Assembly (NCBI RefSeq): GCF_009914755.1
Contig: NC_060927.1
Strand: one strand, 5' to 3'
DNA length: 64,000 bases
From: the human T2T-CHM13v2.0 reference genome, Homo sapiens
This document shows positions 58,211 through 64,000 of the stretch, piece by piece. Under the pieces are notes generated by a model that did no database searches, was not told the DNA's origin, and saw nothing but the letters and a program-made list of their open reading frames with translations. A program made the translations under genes and the position numbers. The first letter of the stretch is position 1. The number at the start of each line of letters is the position of its first letter.

Positions 58211-59486
58211 ATTCAATTTCTTCCTGGTTCAGTTTTGGGAGATTGTGTGTCCGGGGTTTTATCCATTTCTTCTAGATTTTCTAGTTTGTGTGCATTGAAG
58301 TGTTCATGGTAGTCCCTGAGGGTTTTTTGTATTTCTGTGGGGTCAGTGGTAATGTCCCCTTTGTCGTTTCTAAATGTGTTTACTTGGATCTCTGCTCTTT
58401 TTTTTTTTAATTAGTCTAGCCACTAGTCTATTTATCTTCTTAATATTTTCAAAGAACCAATTCCTGGATTCATTGATCTTTTGTGTGGTTTTTCACATCT
58501 CAATTTCCTTCAGTTCAGCTCTGATTTTGGTTATTTCTTGTCTTCTGCTAGCTTTGTGGTTAGTTTGTTCTTTGTTCTCTATTTCCAGTGGTTGTGATGT
58601 TAGGTTGTTAATTTGAGATCTTTCTGAATTTTTGATGTGGGTGTTTAGTGCTGTAAACTTTTCTCTTAACACTCTCTTAGCTGTGTGCCAGAGATTGCGT
58701 TATGTTGTATCTTTGTTCTTATTAGTTTCAAAGAATTTCTTGATTTCTGCCTTAATTTCATTATCTACCCAAAAGTCTTTTAAGAGCATGTTGTTTAATT
58801 TGCAGGTAATTGTATGGGTTTGAGAGATTTTCTTAGGATTGATTTCTATTTTTGTTGTGCTATAGTTGTTGCTACAATTTTGAGTTTTTTGCATTTGCCT
58901 GAGGATTGTTTTATGTCCAATTGTGTGGTCAAATTTAGAGTATGTGTCATGTGGAGATGGGAATATGTACTCTGTTGTTTTGGGTTGGAGAGTTCTGTAG
59001 ATGTCTTTTGGGTCCATTTGGTCAAGTGTTGGGATCAGGTCCTGAATATTTTTGTTAATTTTCTACCGCAATTATCTGTCTAATGCTGTCAGTCGGGTGT
59101 TGAAGTCTCCCACTATTATTGTGTGTAAATATAAGTCTCTTCATAGGTCTCTGAGAACTTGCTTTATGAATCTAGCTGCCCTTGTCTTGGTTGCATATAT
59201 ATTTAGGGTAGTTAGCTTCACTTATTGAATTGAACCCTTTACTGTTATGTAATGCCTTTTTTTTTTTTTATCCTTTTCATCTTTGCTGGTATAAAGTCTG
59301 TTTTGTCTGAAATCACGATAGCAACTTCTCCTTTTTTTTCTGTTTTCCATTTGCTTGGTAGATATTCTTCCATTCCTTTATCTTGAGCCTGTGAGTGTTA
59401 TCGCATGTGAGGTAGGCCTCTCTTGAAGACAGCATATCATTGGGTCTTGCTTTGTTATCCACCTTGCCACTCTGTGCCTTTTAATT
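58211..59486 (-). mobile_element. Older L1PA (PA13-16-like): inverted 5' segment, ORF2 endonuclease region
   Basis: Minus-strand [20 protein letters not shown]...[14 protein letters not shown]...[26 protein letters not shown] is an L1 ORF2 EN remnant. Confidence 0.9.
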
Positions 59487-60307
59487 CCAAGGACATGAAC
59501 AGACACTTTTCAAAAGAAGACATACAGTATGCAGCTAACAACCTTATGAAAAAATGCTCAACATCACTAATCATTAGATTAATGCAAATCAAAACCACAA
59601 TGAGATACCATCTCACACCACTCAAAATAGCTATTATGAAAAAGTCAAAAAATAACAGATGCTAGCAAGGTTGCAGGAAAAAAGGGAATGCTTATACACT
59701 GCTGGTGGGAATGTAAAGTAGTTCAGCCATTATGGAAAGCAATGTGGTGATTTGTCAAAGAACTTAAAACAGAATTAGCATTTGACTCAGCAGTCCCATT
59801 ACAGGTTATATACCCAAATGAATATAAATCATTCTGCCCTAAATACACATTCACTGCAGCACTATTCACAATAGCAAAGATGTAGAATCAACCTAAATGC
59901 CTATCAACAGTAGACTGGATAAAGAAAGTTTGGTACATATATACAATAGAATACTATGCAGCCAAAAAAAAAAAAAGAACAAGATAATGTCCTTTGCAGC
60001 AACATGGATGGAGCTGGAGGCCATCATCCTAATCAAACTAATTGCAGGAACAGAAAACTGAGTACTGCATATTGTTACTTATAAGTGAACACATGGACAC
60101 AAAGAGGGGAAGAATAGGCACTGGGGCCTCCTTGAGGGTGGCGAGTGTGACGAGGTGGAAAATCAGAAAAAATATTTGGTACTTTCTTATTATATGCATG
60201 ATGAAATAATCTGTACACCAAACCTCCATGACACACAGTTTACCTATGTAACATGTTTGTTAACCTGCACATGTACTCCTGAACCAAAAATGAAAATTTA
60301 AAAAAAA
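59487..60307 (+). mobile_element. Older L1PA (PA13-16-like): sense 3' segment to poly(A)
   Basis: [12 protein letters not shown]...[13 protein letters not shown], then 3' UTR ATCTGTACACCAAACCTCCATGACACACAGTTTACCTATGTAAC and an A-rich end. Confidence 0.9.
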
Positions 60308-60869
60308 CAAAATATGAACAAAGTCCCAATGTAAGAGACAAATATCAGTTCAATTAAGTACAGATATTGATTAAATTGGTAGCAGGAATAATAAATACTT
60401 CAGCAGAGTAGAAGAAGAAGAAATGGCCATGGGCTATCCTGGCCTTTAAGATAAATGGAAGAAAATGAATATGAGCAGTATCCTGAAGGATTGGTAAGAT
60501 TTACACCAATTTCATTCCGAGCGGATGTTCTAGCATGCACAAAAGTAAAAGCAGGAAAATGTAAAATCATTAGGTATGATGATGATAGTAGTTAACTTTT
60601 ATTGAGTACTTGAGAGATCCCACGTAATATTGATTAATCTGCACCAGAACATCTAAGACAAATTTAAGACATGCCAGTGGAAAAGCTTAGCCACAGATTC
60701 GATGTAGGTGATAAAAATAAAGGGAATGAGAAAGCTAAACATTGGGAGAAATTAGCAAAAACTCCAGGTCTTCAAGACTGGGTAGCTGGAAGAACATGGT
60801 ATAGATCTACTAATACGAGTGTCTTTTGACAGACCTGGTTTACAGAGAAGAGATCAGGGTTTTGTATGA

Positions 60870-60872
60870 TAT

Positions 60873-60911
<39 letters not shown>

Positions 60912-61199
60912 TTTTGAGATGGGATCTCATTCTTGTCTCTCAGGCTGGAGTGCAATGGCACGATCTCTGCACACTGCAACCTCTGTCCCCTGCATTCAAG
61001 CGATTCTTTGGCCACAGCCTCCCTCTAGTAGCTGGGATTATAAGTGCTCACCACCATGCCCAGCTAATTTTTGTATTTTTAGTAAAGATGGGGTTTCGCC
61101 ATGTTGGCCAGTCTGGTCTCAAACTCCTGACCTCAGGTGATCTGCCTACCTCGGCCTTCCAAATACTGGAATTGCAGGCGTGAGCCATCATGCCTGGCC
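60870..61199 (-). mobile_element. AluS with (TTTA)n tail
   Basis: Full Alu on the minus strand; ~10 ATTT units at 60871-60914. Confidence 0.92.
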
Positions 61200-61596
61200 A
61201 TGAGATAATTTTTAATGAATTTAATGGAATGATTCAAGAAGAAATATTCAGTAAACATTTAGAAAGTTGGGAACTGGGATTCCAGAGAGGCTCAACTGGA
61301 AAAACACTTAATAGTCAAATGCCTAGGGAAGGTAGCTTCATTCACCAGAATGAAACCAAAAATTGTGAACCTCCTTTAGAAGTTTTACATCTAGAGAACC
61401 ATGAAACAAAGTGAATTTTCATTTATCTTTAAGTCCAAAGAGAACTTAATAACCCTCATGTTTCTCATGATACTGTCCAAAATCCACAGATCCCCAGGAA
61501 ATTATTTCTTGTTTTCACAGAGACATGCGTATTAAAGCTAACTGAAGAAGGCAAAAAGGAAAACAAAATGACTGTGAATAGACTAGGTGTATCTGT

Positions 61597-63930
61597 TCTG
61601 TTCATATCCTTTGCCCACTTTTTGATGAGGTTGTTTGTTTTATTCTTGTAAATTTGTTTAAGTTCCTGGTAGATTCTGGATATTATCCCTTTCTCAGATA
61701 GATTATTAGCCCTTTGTCAGATGGATAGATTGCAAAAAATTTTCTCCCATTCTGTAGGTTGCCTGTTCACCTTGATGATAGTTTCATTGCTGTGCGGAAG
61801 CTCTTTACTGTAATTAGATCCCATTTGTCTATTTTGGCTTTTGTTGCCATTGCTTTTGGTGTTTTAGTCATGAAGTGTTTGCCCATGCCTATCTCCTCAA
61901 TGGTATTGCCTAGGTTTTCTTCTAGGGTTTTTATGGTTTTAGGTCTTACATTTAAGTCTTTAATTTATCTCAAGTTAATTTTTGTATAAGGTATAAGGAA
62001 AGGGTCCAGTTTCAGTTTTCTGCATATGGCTAGCCAGTTTTCCCAATACCATTTATTAAATAGGGAATCCTTTCCCCATTGGTTGTTTTTGTCAGGTTCT
62101 TCAAAGATCACATGGTTGTAGATGTGTGGTATTATTTCTGAGGCCTCTGTTCCATTCCATTGGTCTATATATCCTTTTTGTTACCAGTACCATGCTGTTT
62201 TGTTTACTGTAGACTTGTAGTATACTTTGAAGTCAGGTAGCATGATACCTCCAGCTTTGTTCATTTTGCTTAGGATTGTCTTGGTTATATGGGCTCTTTT
62301 TTTGGTTCCATATGAAATTTGAAGTAGTTTTTTCTAATTTTGTGAAGAAAGTCAATGGTAGCTTGATGGGGATAGCATTGAGTCTATAAATTACTTTGGG
62401 CAGTATGGCCATTTTCATGATATTGATTCTTCCTATCCATGAGCATGGAATGTTTTTCCTTTTGTTTGCGTCGTCTCTTATTTCTTTGAGCAGCGGTTTG
62501 TAGTTCTCCTTGAAGAGGTCCTTTGCATCCCTTGTAAGGTGTATTCCTAGGTATTTTATTCTCTTCGTAGCCATTGTGAATGGGAGTTAACTCATGATTT
62601 GGCTCTCTGTTTGTCTATTTTTGGTGTTTAGGAATGCTTGTGATTTTGCACATCGATTTTGTATCCTGTGACTTTGCTGAAGTTGCTGATCAGCTTAAGG
62701 AGATTTGGAGCTGAGACGTTGGGGTTTCTAAATATACAATCATGTCGGGTTTTCTAAATATACAATCATGTCATCTGCAAACAGAGACAATTTGACTTCC
62801 TGTCTTCCTATTTGAATACTCTTTATTTCTTTCTCTTGCCTGATTGCCCTGGCCAGAACTTCCAATACCATGTTGAATAGGAGTGGTAAGAGAGGCATCC
62901 TTGTCTTGTGCTGGTTTTCAAAGGGAATGCTTCCAGCTTTTGCCCATTCAGTATGGTATTGCCTGTGGGTTTGTCATAAATAGCTCTTATTATTTTGAGA
63001 TATGTTCCATCAATACCTACTTTATTGAGAGTTTTTAGCATGAAGAGGTGTTGAATTTTATCGAGAACTTTTCTGCATCTATTGAGATAATCAGGTGGTT
63101 TTTGTCTTTGCTTCTGTTTAAGTGGTGGATTACATTGATTGATTAGCATATGTTGAACCAACCTTGCATCCCAAGGATGAAGCCGACTTGATCATGGTGG
63201 ATAAGCTTTTTGATGTACTGCTGAATTCCTTTTGCCAGTATTTTATTGAGGATTTTCACATCGGTGTTCAGCAGGGATATTGGCCTGAAATTTTCTTTTT
63301 TGTGTTTGTCTCTGCCAGGTTTTGGTATCAGGATGATGCAGGCCTCATAAAATGAGTTAGGGAGGAGTCCTTCTTTTTCTGTTGTTTGGAATAGTTTCAG
63401 AAAGAATGGTACTAGCTCCTCTTTGTACCTCTGGTAGAATTCAGCTATGAATCCATCTGGTCCTGGGCTTCTTTTGGTTGGTAGGCTATTAATTACTGCT
63501 TCAATTTCAGAACTTGTTATTGGTCTACTCAGGGATTCAACTTCTTCCTGGTTTAGTCTTGGGAGGGTGTATGTATCCAGCAATTCATCCATTTCTTCTA
63601 GATTTTCCAGTTTATTTGCGTAGAGGTGTTTATACTATTCTCTAATGGTAGTTTATATTTCTGCGGTGTCAGTGTTGACATCCCCTTGGTCATTTTTTAT
63701 TGTGCCTATTTGATTCTTCTCTCTTTTCTTCTTATTAGTCTGGCTAGTAGTCTATCTATTTTGTCAATCTTTTCAAAAAACCAGTTCCTGGAGTCATTGA
63801 TTTTTTGAAGGGTTTTTCATGTATCTATCTTTTTCAGTTCTGCTCTGATCTTAGGTATACCTTGTCTTCTGCTAGCTTTTGAATTTGTTTGCTCTTGCTT
63901 CTCTAGTTCTTTTAATTTTGATATTAGGTG
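61597..63930 (-). mobile_element. L1PA (PA7/8-like): inverted segment with ORF2 reverse transcriptase remnants (disrupted)
   Basis: Track ORFs [57 protein letters not shown] and [11 protein letters not shown]; frameshifted. Confidence 0.95.
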
Positions 63931-64000
63931 AACAGACACTTCTCAAAAGGAGACATTTATGCGGCCAACAAACATATGAAAAAAATCTCATCATCACTGG
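63929..64000 (+). mobile_element. Same L1PA: start of sense 3' segment (runs off window)
   Basis: TGAACAGACACTTCTCAAAAGGAGACATTTATGCGGCCAACAAACATATG continues L1 from the point where the inverted segment begins (CTGTTCA at 61598). Confidence 0.88.

Noticed and set aside
62233-63592. Functional reverse transcriptase gene
   Set aside because: Fragmented, frameshifted L1 ORF2 in a truncated, inverted element.

Overview
Primate (very likely human) genomic DNA, AT-rich. I could not recognise any protein-coding gene. The window looks like intronic or 5'-flanking sequence of a large gene, probably transcribed on the + strand. Most annotatable content is transposon relics: Alu, L1PA/L1M, MIR, MLT/MER4/MER34 LTRs and the DNA transposons MER6A, MER1B, Tigger4b, MER20 and MER5. 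Repeat subfamily calls come from recalled consensus sequences, not from a search. The supplied ORFs are spurious or L1/Alu-derived. The most striking non-standard structure is an old local duplication, copy A ~39810-41940 and copy B ~45720-49390. Pairwise identity, counted or estimated by eye, rises in steps from ~65-70% at the edges to ~99% in a ~575-bp core. That core holds a CTG repeat inside an exon-like unit (strong 3' splice site, ATG-polyLeu, GTGAGT donor). The 99% tract starts exactly at an L1PA insertion present only in copy B, which points to recurrent gene conversion between the copies. Other notable items are a 112-bp diverged duplication near 3.1/4.4 kb, a CpG-enriched putative alternative first exon near 25 kb, and two neighbouring 5'-inverted L1s whose sense arms start at almost the same ORF2 position.
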